DNA of 64,000 nt from contig JAYZFI010000028.1 in NCBI GenBank assembly GCA_036336855.1, forward strand, positions 736 to 64,735, written 5' to 3'. Under the pieces are notes generated by a model, which saw nothing but the letters and a program-made list of their open reading frames with translations, did not search any database and was not told the origin of the DNA. The DNA comes from Candidatus Latescibacterota bacterium. Lineage in GTDB: Bacteria; Latescibacterota; UBA2968; UBA8231. Positions 55,623-64,000 of the stretch are shown one piece after another (the stretch's first letter is position 1; every line of letters begins with the position of its first letter). The position numbers were made by a program, and so were the translations under genes.

Positions 55623-56467
55623 GGAAGTTGGCGGTCTTGGCGGTGATGGCGCTGCTGACCGCTTGCGACGACAATCCCGCCCGCTCCACAGCGCGACCAG
55701 CTCATGAAGGGGATCTACAGGTCTTCTCCTCCGCGGGTCGTGACTCCGCCCTTGCCGCCTTTGGCGATCGCACCGTGCTGCGCGGCAATCTCACCATCGC
55801 CCAGACCGACCTCAGTGACCTGCGTGGTTTCGAGTCGCTGACTCGCGTCGAGGGTGACGTCGTTATCTGGAACAACGCCGACCTTGTCTCCCTCTCCGGC
55901 CTTCAGGGCCTGCGCGAGATCACCCGCAGCCTGAAGATTGAGTTCAACAGCCAGCTCGCTGGTCTCGACGGACTTGATAGCCTCGTTTCCATTGGTAGCG
56001 ATCTCGACAGCCGCGGCGACACCATCTCTGCTGCGGGCATCAGCCGAATTGCGCATGTTACCGAAGGGTTGATCTTGTCCGCCAACACCGACCTCCGTTC
56101 TCTGGACGGCTTGTCATCGTTGCGCTTTGTCGGCGGGGGTATCTCCATCATCGGTGAAACCGAGCTGCAATCGCTTCAGGGACTCGGTCAGCTTGAGCGC
56201 ATCGACGGATCGCTCGACATCTGGTTCTGCCCCCGATTGCCGTCATTGGACGGCCTGCAGTCTCTGCAGCGAGTAACGCGGTTCTTTGAGGTCAGCGGAA
56301 ACGCGGCACTGCACGACATTTCCGCTCTGCATCAGGTGAAATTCGTTGGCGCGGGATTCATCGTGACCAACAATCCCCAGCTGTCCACGGTGTCGGTCGC
56401 CCGATTGATCGGGCGTCTACAGGAGAACGGCTTCGCGGGCAGTGTCACCGTAGCCAACAACGGATGA
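55619..56467 (+). CDS. leucine-rich-repeat (receptor L-domain-like) lipoprotein
   Basis: Lipobox MRKLAVLAVMALLTAC from the ATG at 55619, which overlaps the upstream stop as ATGA. About 10 degenerate ~22-24-aa repeats of the form L.sL.GL..L..v.G.L.I..N..L. Confidence 0.65.
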   Translation: MRKLAVLAVMALLTACDDNPARSTARPAHEGDLQVFSSAGRDSALAAFGDRTVLRGNLTIAQTDLSDLRGFESLTRVEGDVVIWNNADLVSLSGLQGLREITRSLKIEFNSQLAGLDGLDSLVSIGSDLDSRGDTISAAGISRIAHVTEGLILSANTDLRSLDGLSSLRFVGGGISIIGETELQSLQGLGQLERIDGSLDIWFCPRLPSLDGLQSLQRVTRFFEVSGNAALHDISALHQVKFVGAGFIVTNNPQLSTVSVARLIGRLQENGFAGSVTVANNG

Positions 56468-57483
56468 TCCGTCCCACTTCACTCGTCTTCCTTGTGGCGC
56501 TGGTGTTGGCTAGTTGTGGAGATGATCCCGCCAGCAGCAGCCATTCCGGAATGCAGCTGCAGCTGAACGTACCCGAGGGATTCCCGGTTCCGGAAATGCC
56601 GCCCAACAGCCCCTTGACCGTCGAAGGGGTCGGGCTCGGCAGCCGGTTGTTCCACGACCCCATCCTCTCCATTGACAGCACCGTCGCCTGCGCCAGCTGT
56701 CACCAGGTGGACGCGGCGTTTTCCGACCCGGCTCTGGTCAGCCAAGGCGTGGCGGGTACCACCCAGCGCAACTCCATGCCGTTGATAAATCTGGCATGGA
56801 GCAGCCAGATGTTCTGGGACGGTCGCGCCGTCAGCCTCGAGGACCAGGCACGACAGGCCGTGGTGGATCCGGTGGAGATGGGGGAAAGCTGGGATCACGT
56901 GGTAGAGAAGCTGCAGCGTCACCCCGAGTACCCTGCGTTGTTTGATGCTGCTTTCGGCGAGCCGCTTTCAGAAGATCTCGCGGTGGCCGCCATCGCTCAG
57001 TTTGAGCGCACGCTGATCTCATCGGACTCGAAGTTCGACCGTTACCTCGCCGGCAAAGCCGAGTTTACGGAACAGGAGCTATTCGGCCTGGAGCTGTTCA
57101 ACTCCGAGCGCGGCGATTGCTTCCACTGCCACGGCACGGTGTTGCTAACCGACAATCAGTTCCACAACAACGGTCTCGACGCCGAGCCCGTTGATATTGG
57201 CCTCGCTACCGTCACCGGTAGCCCTTTCGACGTGGGCAAGTTCAAGTCACCGACGCTGCGCAATGTGGAGCTGACCGCCCCTTACATGCATGACGGACGT
57301 TTCAAGACGCTCGAGGAAATCATCGATCACTACAGCGACGGCGTGCAGCTGTCGCCCACGGCAGACCCGCTCATGCGCGTGCGCGCCGTGTTGACAGCGA
57401 CGGAGAAGGCAGCGTTGGTTGCTCTGCTGCGCACCTTTACAGATCTCGACTTCATCGAGACTAATCGCCCCTCGCTTAAGTGA
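56464..57483 (+). CDS. di-heme cytochrome c peroxidase (CCP/MauG family) lipoprotein
   Basis: Lipobox LVALVLASC. Two heme motifs, CASCH and CFHCH. Family blocks FWDGRAVSLEDQA, PVEMGE, LRNVELTAPYMHDGRF. Its start overlaps the upstream stop (ATGA 56464-56467). Confidence 0.85.
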   Translation: MIRPTSLVFLVALVLASCGDDPASSSHSGMQLQLNVPEGFPVPEMPPNSPLTVEGVGLGSRLFHDPILSIDSTVACASCHQVDAAFSDPALVSQGVAGTTQRNSMPLINLAWSSQMFWDGRAVSLEDQARQAVVDPVEMGESWDHVVEKLQRHPEYPALFDAAFGEPLSEDLAVAAIAQFERTLISSDSKFDRYLAGKAEFTEQELFGLELFNSERGDCFHCHGTVLLTDNQFHNNGLDAEPVDIGLATVTGSPFDVGKFKSPTLRNVELTAPYMHDGRFKTLEEIIDHYSDGVQLSPTADPLMRVRAVLTATEKAALVALLRTFTDLDFIETNRPSLK

Positions 57484-57495
57484 GGTGAGCGCCAC

Positions 57496-58932
57496 TCAGG
57501 CTTCGGGACCGATGGGGGCCACCCGCAAAATCGGATAGCCAGAGTTGAGCAGCGAGTCGTCATTGGTATCGCGGCAGCGCTGCCACATCTGCTGCGCAAG
57601 GTGGCGCACCATCGGCTCACACTGCGGGTCGGCGATGCGATTCGTCAGCTCGCCGGGGTCGCTGGCTAGGTCGTAGAGCTCGTCCTCGTCGAAGCCGTTG
57701 AAGACGAACTTCCAGTCACCTTCCCACACCACGCGCTGTGTCAGCCACATGCGGCCGCCGAAGTACTCGGCGTAGCCGTGGTCCCAGTCTGTGCCCGCAC
57801 TGGCCGGATTAGCGGCGACTCCGACGAAGGATCTCGATTCTCCACCCGTGTCGAAGGGCTTGACGCCGGCGAGTTCGAGCACCGTCGGACAGATGTCGTG
57901 TAGTCCCACGCGGGCATCACTGTTCACACCCCGCGCCACACCCGGACCGGCGAGCAACAGCGGCACGTTGTACACCTCTTCCGCCGCGGTAAAGTTTTTG
58001 CAGTACAGTCCATGGGCGCCGAGCAGCTCGCCGTGATCGGAGGTGAAGACCACTATTGTGTTCTCCAGCTGACCGGCCGACTCCACTCGGTCGAGGAGTC
58101 GGCCGAACTGGGCGTCGATCTCAGTTGCCGATGCCCAGTAGCAGGCCGCCGCCTCCCGCTTCTGTCTCTCCGTCATCTGCGACCACACTCGCGCGGCCTT
58201 GCGGTAGATGCCGGGGCGCCCGGCAAGATCGTCGCCGATGTTAGCGGGCAGCTCGACGGCGTCGACATTGTACTGGGCGAAGGCCTGTGCGCCACAGATG
58301 AAGGGGTCGTGAGGCTCGTTGACACTCACGAAGCAGCACCAGGGCTCGTTTCTGGCGATTGCCGCGTCGAGAAAGTCGAGGCCGAGCCGGGTGTACACCC
58401 CGAGGGTGCGGTCTTCGGGTGGGGATTCCGTCACCCCGTAGAATCGACTGGACTGGTAGCCGGGGGGTTGATCGAGATTCCACTGCAGGAGCCATTCTGC
58501 CTGTTCGCGCTGTTGCGACGCCGCGGCATCGGCTTCCCGCAGGCGCTCGGTACCCTCGCAGGCATAGTCGCCCCAGCCGAAGTTGGTCAACTGCCGAGAC
58601 CGCTCCACGTGCCATTTGCCGAAATAGCCCGTGTTGTAGCCCGCTAGCTGTAGTCGTTGCGCCCAGTGAGGCAGTTGGGTGCGTAGGCAGCACTGATCGT
58701 CGTCAACGGTGTGGATGACGGTGAGCACGCCGTGGCTGTGGGGCAGCCGGCCGGTCATCAGGCTTGCCCGCGCTGGCGAGCAGATCGCGTTCGGCGTGTA
58801 GGCACGAGTGAAGCGTACCCCCCGTGCGGCGAGGCGATCGAGATTTGGTGTGAGACAGGGGTGGTCGGGATCGAGAAGGCGGCCCTGCATCTGGTCACAC
58901 ATTAGGAAGAGCAAATTCACCGCTGTAGTCAC
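57496..58932 (-). CDS. Cys-type sulfatase, no signal peptide
   Basis: VNLLFLMCDQ, maturation motif ICSPARASLMTG, IVVFTSDHGELLGAHGLYCK. The GTG at 58932 overlaps the upstream stop as GTGA. The track start is 58953. Confidence 0.85.
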   Translation of the reverse strand: MTTAVNLLFLMCDQMQGRLLDPDHPCLTPNLDRLAARGVRFTRAYTPNAICSPARASLMTGRLPHSHGVLTVIHTVDDDQCCLRTQLPHWAQRLQLAGYNTGYFGKWHVERSRQLTNFGWGDYACEGTERLREADAAASQQREQAEWLLQWNLDQPPGYQSSRFYGVTESPPEDRTLGVYTRLGLDFLDAAIARNEPWCCFVSVNEPHDPFICGAQAFAQYNVDAVELPANIGDDLAGRPGIYRKAARVWSQMTERQKREAAACYWASATEIDAQFGRLLDRVESAGQLENTIVVFTSDHGELLGAHGLYCKNFTAAEEVYNVPLLLAGPGVARGVNSDARVGLHDICPTVLELAGVKPFDTGGESRSFVGVAANPASAGTDWDHGYAEYFGGRMWLTQRVVWEGDWKFVFNGFDEDELYDLASDPGELTNRIADPQCEPMVRHLAQQMWQRCRDTNDDSLLNSGYPILRVAPIGPEA

Positions 58933-59237
58933 CAGTCCCTGCGGTAGGTCCATAACGGGCCCGCTGGGTTTTCTTCAGGCGCAATGCGGGGAATTTCGGA
59001 GCCGCAATGGGGACAGTTGACAACATCACGGAACACCCCGCCCTGGCAGTTTGGGCAGCTCCGGGTCAGGCGCAGGGTTAGCCAGATTCCGAAGGGTCCG
59101 AGTAGAAAGCCTAGAAAGACCCACTTCCCGGTGCCCCCACCGCACCGCACGGCTAGGCGGGCACAAATCAGCGCCGTTGCCGTCCACAGGCTGCCCAGAG
59201 CGAAGAACACGAAGAAGGCAATGGCGACCCAGTCCAC
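58929..59237 (-). CDS. small membrane protein with C-terminal zinc-ribbon (CxxC...CxxC)
   Basis: 102 aa with two hydrophobic helices (VAIAFFVFFALGSLWTATALICA, WVFLGFLLGPFGIWLTL), then CPNCQGGVFRDVVNCPHCGSEI. The GTG start overlaps the GNAT stop by 1 nt. Confidence 0.5.
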   Translation of the reverse strand: MDWVAIAFFVFFALGSLWTATALICARLAVRCGGGTGKWVFLGFLLGPFGIWLTLRLTRSCPNCQGGVFRDVVNCPHCGSEIPRIAPEENPAGPLWTYRRDW

Positions 59238-59947
59238 TACCTGTCTTCCTGCGCTTTGAGATCGAGAGCCATGTCAAGGTTATCCAGATCACCGCCGGTG
59301 GTGAAGTGGCCGACCTCAACGAAGCCGTGCTTGCGGTAGAAGTGCTGGGCTCGCGGATTGTCGCCACGCACGCCACCCATGAGCACGATGCGCGACCGCC
59401 CGAGCCGGCGGGCCGCCTCCATCACCAGCGGCATGAGCGCGGTGCCTACGCCCTGCTCGAGGTAGGCGTCGGCTACCGACGGAGCGAAGGTGCAGCAGTA
59501 GTCGGCATGCAAGGGGGTGCCGTGATTAACGTAGCGTTCGGCCTCTTGAGGACGTAGTCCCATGTCGAGGATGAAATAGCCTTGAATGGCGCCATCGATG
59601 TCGACGACGAAGCGCAGGCTTTCCGCGTAATTGACGTCGTTACAAAGCACGCGGGCGTGCTCTGTGTTGAGCGGGTGAGGACCGTACATGCCGGTCACCG
59701 CATCTGTTAGGCTGTCAAAGTAGGCGCCGAGGCGCTCTCTATCTGCGGCGCGCAGAAGCCGAGCCGTGAAGTGAAGTCCTGGGCCCGTCTGCAGCTCACG
59801 GGTGAGCAAGCTGGGATCCGCCTGTAGTTCGGCAGCGATCAGGGGACGCGCATCGGTCACGAGACCGGTCCCCGCCAGCGAGCAGTGCTGGTGACGAAGT
59901 AATTGCGAGCGAAGAGGGGCACTGGGCGAGCGCACCACCTGTGCCAA
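59237..59947 (-). CDS. GNAT family N-acetyltransferase
   Basis: Acetyl-CoA binding region YLEQGVGTALMPLVMEAARRLGRSRIVL and NPRAQHFYRKHGFVEVG. The start is uncertain: TTG at 59947, with several in-frame GTG/TTG downstream. Confidence 0.7.
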   Translation of the reverse strand: MAQVVRSPSAPLRSQLLRHQHCSLAGTGLVTDARPLIAAELQADPSLLTRELQTGPGLHFTARLLRAADRERLGAYFDSLTDAVTGMYGPHPLNTEHARVLCNDVNYAESLRFVVDIDGAIQGYFILDMGLRPQEAERYVNHGTPLHADYCCTFAPSVADAYLEQGVGTALMPLVMEAARRLGRSRIVLMGGVRGDNPRAQHFYRKHGFVEVGHFTTGGDLDNLDMALDLKAQEDR

Positions 59948-60219
59948 CCCGCCTGATCAGACAGTTCGACCATAGTGCGACTGGCGTGGCAGTGGGAAGA
60001 TCGGATTGCACTCAGCCTTCTCCCATGGTAGATCGTTTTTCCAACGGCGAAACCCAGAGTTGTCACATGCACATCCTCTACTGGCCGTCCTCGCAGAGCG
60101 CGCGGGGCTCGAACGGGTGCCGTCGTCGAAGGTTCCTCCCTAAGCCAAATTCTCGGCTCGTCACCGCCGTTGCGCTCACACGCTTAAGACACCAGCTGAT
60201 CGCTCTCCACGCGCAGAGA

Positions 60220-61671
60220 TCACTCCCCTTCGAGGGACATGGGATAGGTGCGCTGCCAGTCGCCGCGGCCGAATTCGGCGCAGTCCCACAACGGCACGTG
60301 GGCGATGACCCGCTCCGAATTTGCTTCTTCCACCGATCTCAGCAACTGCCCGGTGAGCTCGCCGTCCAGGCGCCGTGCCAGCTCCCACCCCGCGTCGGTG
60401 TCACTGAGATCGGTTTGCTCATGGGGATCGGCGATGACGTCGAATAATTGCTGCCGGCCGGAGCGGTACTTCACCAATTTGTGTCGACCGTCGCAGTTCA
60501 TCGTGGCGCCGGTGACAAAGCCGTAGACCCGTTGCCGCCTTGTGGTATCCAGTCCTAGGCCGGGGAGGGGCACCGAGTCGTAATAGGCCGGCCGTTCGAT
60601 ACCGGCGCAGGCTAGCAAGGTGGCGGTCACATCTTCCAGGGACACAACGTGTTGGCTTCGAAAGGAGTGCCCACCTGGCATACGCACGAGCATGGGTACG
60701 TGACAACTCCCCTCGTAGTAGTTGCCCTTGCCGATGAGATCGTGATCCCCGAGCAGGTCGCCGTGGTCGGAAGAAAAGATGACGATTGTATTATCGAGCC
60801 TGCCGGTTTCACTTAGCGCCGTGAGGATGGCTCCGACCTGGTCATCGATCTGCTTTACAAGACCCGCATAGTGGGCGCGCACACCGGCTTTCTGAGCATC
60901 GGTGAACTTAGAGTAGTCAACGTCGTTCCAGCTGCCGCGGTTGCCGGTTATGTTGCCAGCGCGCAGTTCTGTGTCGAAGTCTTCCACATACGGCGCTGCC
61001 GCCGGCATGTCTGCGGCCCGGAAGCGGTCGACGTAGTCGGGGGAAGGATCGTAGGGACAGTGCGGTCCGGGAAAGCCAATCATGGCAGCGAAGGGGCGGT
61101 CGTCGTCGTACTCTACGATGAATTTCGTTGCCTCAGTGCCCACGAAACCGTCCCAAGAGTGTTCGCTGGCCAGCCGATTCACGTAGGCGCCACGATTTTC
61201 TCGGTAGCCTTTGTGCTCGTTGCCGTGGTACTTACGATGGCCCATGGCCTCGAGATAGCGGTAGTAGTCGTCCTCAATGTAGAGCCAGCGCTTGTCCTCG
61301 CAGATCACCCGATGCTCAAAGCCGAAAGAGGCCTCCCAGGGGTAGAAGTGCATTTTTCCGATAGACGCGGTAAAGTAATCGGCGTCGGAGAGAATGTTGG
61401 CCCAGGTGCGAATGCCGGTCTCAGCCAGGTCTGGGCGCAGGAAGTGCTGGTTGCCTAGCACTCCGTTCTTGATCGCGTTGCGTCCTGTCAGCAGCGTACA
61501 GCGCGCCGGCACGCAGATCGGTGAGGGGGAATAGGCTCGTTCGTACAATGTGCCGCTGGCGGCCAGCGAATCGATGTGCGGGGTATCGATGAAGTCGGCA
61601 CCGTAGCAACTGAGGAAGTCGTGGCGCAGCTGATCCGGCATTATGAACAGTAAGTTGGGACGCTTGGACAT
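60220..61671 (-). CDS. Cys-type sulfatase, no signal peptide
   Basis: MSKRPNLLFIMPDQLRHD, maturation motif ICVPARCTLLTG, IVIFSSDHGDLLGDHDLIGK. Confidence 0.87.
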   Translation of the reverse strand: MSKRPNLLFIMPDQLRHDFLSCYGADFIDTPHIDSLAASGTLYERAYSPSPICVPARCTLLTGRNAIKNGVLGNQHFLRPDLAETGIRTWANILSDADYFTASIGKMHFYPWEASFGFEHRVICEDKRWLYIEDDYYRYLEAMGHRKYHGNEHKGYRENRGAYVNRLASEHSWDGFVGTEATKFIVEYDDDRPFAAMIGFPGPHCPYDPSPDYVDRFRAADMPAAAPYVEDFDTELRAGNITGNRGSWNDVDYSKFTDAQKAGVRAHYAGLVKQIDDQVGAILTALSETGRLDNTIVIFSSDHGDLLGDHDLIGKGNYYEGSCHVPMLVRMPGGHSFRSQHVVSLEDVTATLLACAGIERPAYYDSVPLPGLGLDTTRRQRVYGFVTGATMNCDGRHKLVKYRSGRQQLFDVIADPHEQTDLSDTDAGWELARRLDGELTGQLLRSVEEANSERVIAHVPLWDCAEFGRGDWQRTYPMSLEGE

Positions 61672-61701
61672 TGCGATAGCAGATCTTGGGTTTGTAAGTC
61701 A

Positions 61702-61771
61702 ATTCGATGACGAACTATGATAGGGAGTATGACTCCTCCGTCCCAAATTCCTCACGGCATTCGATGACGAA
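61702..61771. repeat. two perfect copies of the 13-mer ATTCGATGACGAA in a divergent promoter region
   Basis: Copies lie at 61702-61714 and 61759-61771. Each contains the small inverted repeat TTCG-N4-CGAA. A related palindrome CGAATTCG lies at 61779-61786. The region separates the sulfatase start (61671, minus) from the methyltransferase start (61926, plus). Confidence 0.85.
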
Positions 61772-61925
61772 GATTACTCGAATTCGTCCGGTGCACGTCG
61801 ACCTGTCGCCCGTACACCCGACGGTCGATCATGGGCAATCTTTCGCCGGCGGGCTGCGTCCCGGATCAGCTGATTAAACAATCGGAATAGGAAGTCAAAA
61901 GCGACACGGAGGGATAGCTACTCAG

Positions 61926-62549
61926 ATGTCAACCACGGAGTCGTCGCCTAGGCCCGTCTCACCGGATCATCCGGATCTGCAGAAGTGGGAAGCACGCTAC
62001 GCAGATCCTGATTATCGGCCGGACCCGGATCCTGTGCCCTATCTGGTCGAGTGCTGCGTCGATCTGACTCCAGGTCATGCCCTCTGTCTGGCCGCCGGCA
62101 GCGGCCGTAATGTGATGTTTCTAGCCTCGCGAGGTTGGCAAGTGCGGGCCGTGGATATCTCATCTAGCGGGCTCCGGCACTGCGAGCAGCTCGCCATCGC
62201 GGATCGGTTCTCGGTGGAGACGGTGCAGGCCGATCTCACTCACTATGAGCTTGGGCAGCGAGAGTTCGATCTGGTCACCATGATCTACTATCTCGACACC
62301 ATGCTATTTAGTGCAATCGCTCTCGCCCTGCGACCTGGTGGCCACTTCCTGTTCCACACCTTCGGACGCGATCAGGCGCGACGAGATTGGGGTCCCAGCA
62401 ATCCTAATTTTCTGGCCTGTGGCCGGCAGGTGCTGTCCGCTTTCGACGATTGGCAGATTCGTCACTTCGCCGAAAACGACGTGGAGCGCCCCGACGGACG
62501 CATTGAGTCGGTGGTACAAATGCTGGCCCGCAAGCCTGGGTTAGCCTAG
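61926..62549 (+). CDS. class I SAM-dependent methyltransferase
   Basis: Motif I ALCLAAGSGRNVMFLASRGWQVRAVDIS, post-I and motif II region FDLVTMIYYL, LRPGGHFLF. Confidence 0.75.
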   Translation: MSTTESSPRPVSPDHPDLQKWEARYADPDYRPDPDPVPYLVECCVDLTPGHALCLAAGSGRNVMFLASRGWQVRAVDISSSGLRHCEQLAIADRFSVETVQADLTHYELGQREFDLVTMIYYLDTMLFSAIALALRPGGHFLFHTFGRDQARRDWGPSNPNFLACGRQVLSAFDDWQIRHFAENDVERPDGRIESVVQMLARKPGLA

Positions 62550-62559
62550 CGGTGCCCCG

Positions 62560-63381
62560 TCAGACCTGGGGCTCGCGGGGTAGCAGCCACTGCGGCTGTA
62601 CGATCTGCCGCCGTTCCGGCGTCAGTCGCTCCAGCAGCTCCGGTGACGGCTGATAGCCATGGCGGAAGTTTCCCCACGACGGCCCGTAGCGGTAAACGAT
62701 GATGCGTCGCTCGCCCTCGTTGACCCGTCGCGCCGATCCGTGGGACAGGCCGTCGACGAAGATGAGGGCGTCTCCCGCCTTCATTTGTACTCCGATGGCG
62801 CCCTCGATGCCTTCCACTGTCGCCCCTTTTGGATTCATGCTGTGCTGAACGAAGTGGGGATGAGTGAAGTTCGACTTGTGACTGCCGGGGATGAGCATGG
62901 TGCCGCCGTCACCGGGCCCGATATCAGTGAGAGCCATGAGCAAGTTCACCTGGCCGCACATGAAGCGCCCGTTGTGGTAGCGGAATTGGTTGCGATGGAT
63001 GGGTGGGTAGCCGCCAGAGTGCAGACCAATGGCTTCGCCGGCTTGGCGGAAGTTGGCGAAACATTCATCGACAAACAGCGAACCGTGGTGATAGTCGAAG
63101 GTACCCTCACCTCCGACAAAAAGCTTGATGTGCTCGATCCATGAAGGGTGGTCGATGAGCGCCTCAAAGGCGGCACCCGCCTCGTAGATCTGCTGGTAGT
63201 TGAGACCGTCCACGGTGCCGTAGCTGTGTCCGTGCACGTAGCCGTGCCACTGGCCGGGCTCGAGGTGGGGAATGGCGTTGAGGCCAGCGTTGAGGCCAGC
63301 CACTTCCTGTCCTGACAGCGCCGCCTCTAGGTGTACGTAGCCGCGCAGATCGAACAGGTAGGTTTCGAGATCGTTGATCAC
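62560..63381 (-). CDS. PhyH-like Fe(II)/2-oxoglutarate dioxygenase
   Basis: N-terminal LETYLFDLRGYVHLEAALSGQEV, IGLHSGG, MLIPGSHKSNF, distal LSHGSARR. The GTG start overlaps the upstream enolase-family stop (GTGA 63378-63381). Confidence 0.65.
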   Translation of the reverse strand: MINDLETYLFDLRGYVHLEAALSGQEVAGLNAGLNAIPHLEPGQWHGYVHGHSYGTVDGLNYQQIYEAGAAFEALIDHPSWIEHIKLFVGGEGTFDYHHGSLFVDECFANFRQAGEAIGLHSGGYPPIHRNQFRYHNGRFMCGQVNLLMALTDIGPGDGGTMLIPGSHKSNFTHPHFVQHSMNPKGATVEGIEGAIGVQMKAGDALIFVDGLSHGSARRVNEGERRIIVYRYGPSWGNFRHGYQPSPELLERLTPERRQIVQPQWLLPREPQV

Positions 63382-64000
63382 GGATACCTATGCCTACTGC
63401 TGAACTCGGCGACGGCCTGTTCGTCGATGTCGATGCCGAGACCGGGAGTGTCGTCGACCACGAAGGCGCCCCGCGCGGGCGTCGGGTAGTGAGTGGCGAC
63501 TCGCGCTCGCAACGTGTGCTCGCCGTGAAAATGCTCGAGGATCTGAAAGTTGGGTATCGCCGCGGCAAATTGCACGGACGCCGCTACCGAGAGGACGCCG
63601 CCCCCACCCACGTGCGGCGCGATCGGCAGGTTGTAGCTATCGCACAGAGCCGAGATACGCTTGCCCTCGCTGAGCCCGGTGCGAGCGATGTCAGGCATGG
63701 CGACATCGAAGGATCGCCGACCCTCCACCCACGAGCGCCACTCCCACAGTGTGCGTAACCACTCGCCGGTGGCAATCTGCAGGTCCAGCGCGGCGGCGAC
63801 GTCGGCGTGGCCGCGGACATCCTCCGGCATGGTCGGCGCTTCCAACCAGCGCACACCCAGGGATTCTAGGCCGCGACCCAACTCGATCGCTTGCGGCGCG
63901 TCACGAGTGTGGTGAACGTCGACCATGAGCTCTACCTCGGCACCCACGGCGTCGCGCACCGCTCCAATCACCTCCAGGATCTGCGCGTTCGACGACTTCA
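63378..64000 (-). CDS. enolase-superfamily (mandelate racemase/muconate lactonizing enzyme) protein, C-terminal part; continues beyond the window
   Basis: Barrel-domain blocks LMVDVHH, VRWLEAPTMPED, IATGEW, DVAMPDIARTGLSEG, IAPHV. The frame stays open to the window edge. Confidence 0.75.
   Translation of the reverse strand, partial: KSSNAQILEVIGAVRDAVGAEVELMVDVHHTRDAPQAIELGRGLESLGVRWLEAPTMPEDVRGHADVAAALDLQIATGEWLRTLWEWRSWVEGRRSFDVAMPDIARTGLSEGKRISALCDSYNLPIAPHVGGGGVLSVAASVQFAAAIPNFQILEHFHGEHTLRARVATHYPTPARGAFVVDDTPGLGIDIDEQAVAEFSSRHRYP

Overview
This 64-kb window looks chromosomal and comes from a high-GC bacterium, roughly 60-65% G+C judged by eye and not computed. It is almost fully coding, with about 55 protein genes. 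By eye I found no rRNA, tRNA, CRISPR array, transposase or integrase. Housekeeping genes (recQ, hrpB, gap, hemF, a cspA-type cold-shock gene) sit among a very redundant catabolic gene set. That set contains four Cys-type (C-x-P-x-R) sulfatases that all lack signal peptides, one of them interrupted by a single in-frame TAG, plus a membrane-anchored formylglycine-generating enzyme. It also contains five PhyH-type Fe(II)/2-oxoglutarate dioxygenases, four Gfo/Idh/MocA oxidoreductases, two enolase-superfamily dehydratases and two UxuA-like TIM barrels. An MlrC/M81 peptidase, a CE15-like esterase, and SSS and BASS transporters complete it. Genes form short, translationally coupled operons with many ATGA/GTGA 4-nt overlaps. 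The best candidates for undescribed systems are: (1) an 8-gene, 9.2-kb operon (24615-33788) mixing sugar-acid, peptidase and sulfatase enzymes with two unassigned proteins; (2) a coupled three-gene operon (52956-57483) encoding a secreted LVIVD beta-propeller with a T9SS-type C-terminal domain, a leucine-rich-repeat lipoprotein and a di-heme cytochrome c peroxidase lipoprotein; (3) a coupled pair of a polytopic membrane protein and a CxxCH-bearing PD40 beta-propeller lipoprotein (5377-8804); (4) the window-wide pattern of PhyH dioxygenases each coupled to a different partner enzyme. The gene content resembles marine or sponge-associated heterotrophs that use sulfated host or algal compounds, but that is inference only. 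All family calls rest on motif recognition in the supplied translations. No database search, HMM, RNA-folding or composition calculation was run. Several start codons were re-picked by eye using Shine-Dalgarno-like sequences and stop/start overlaps.
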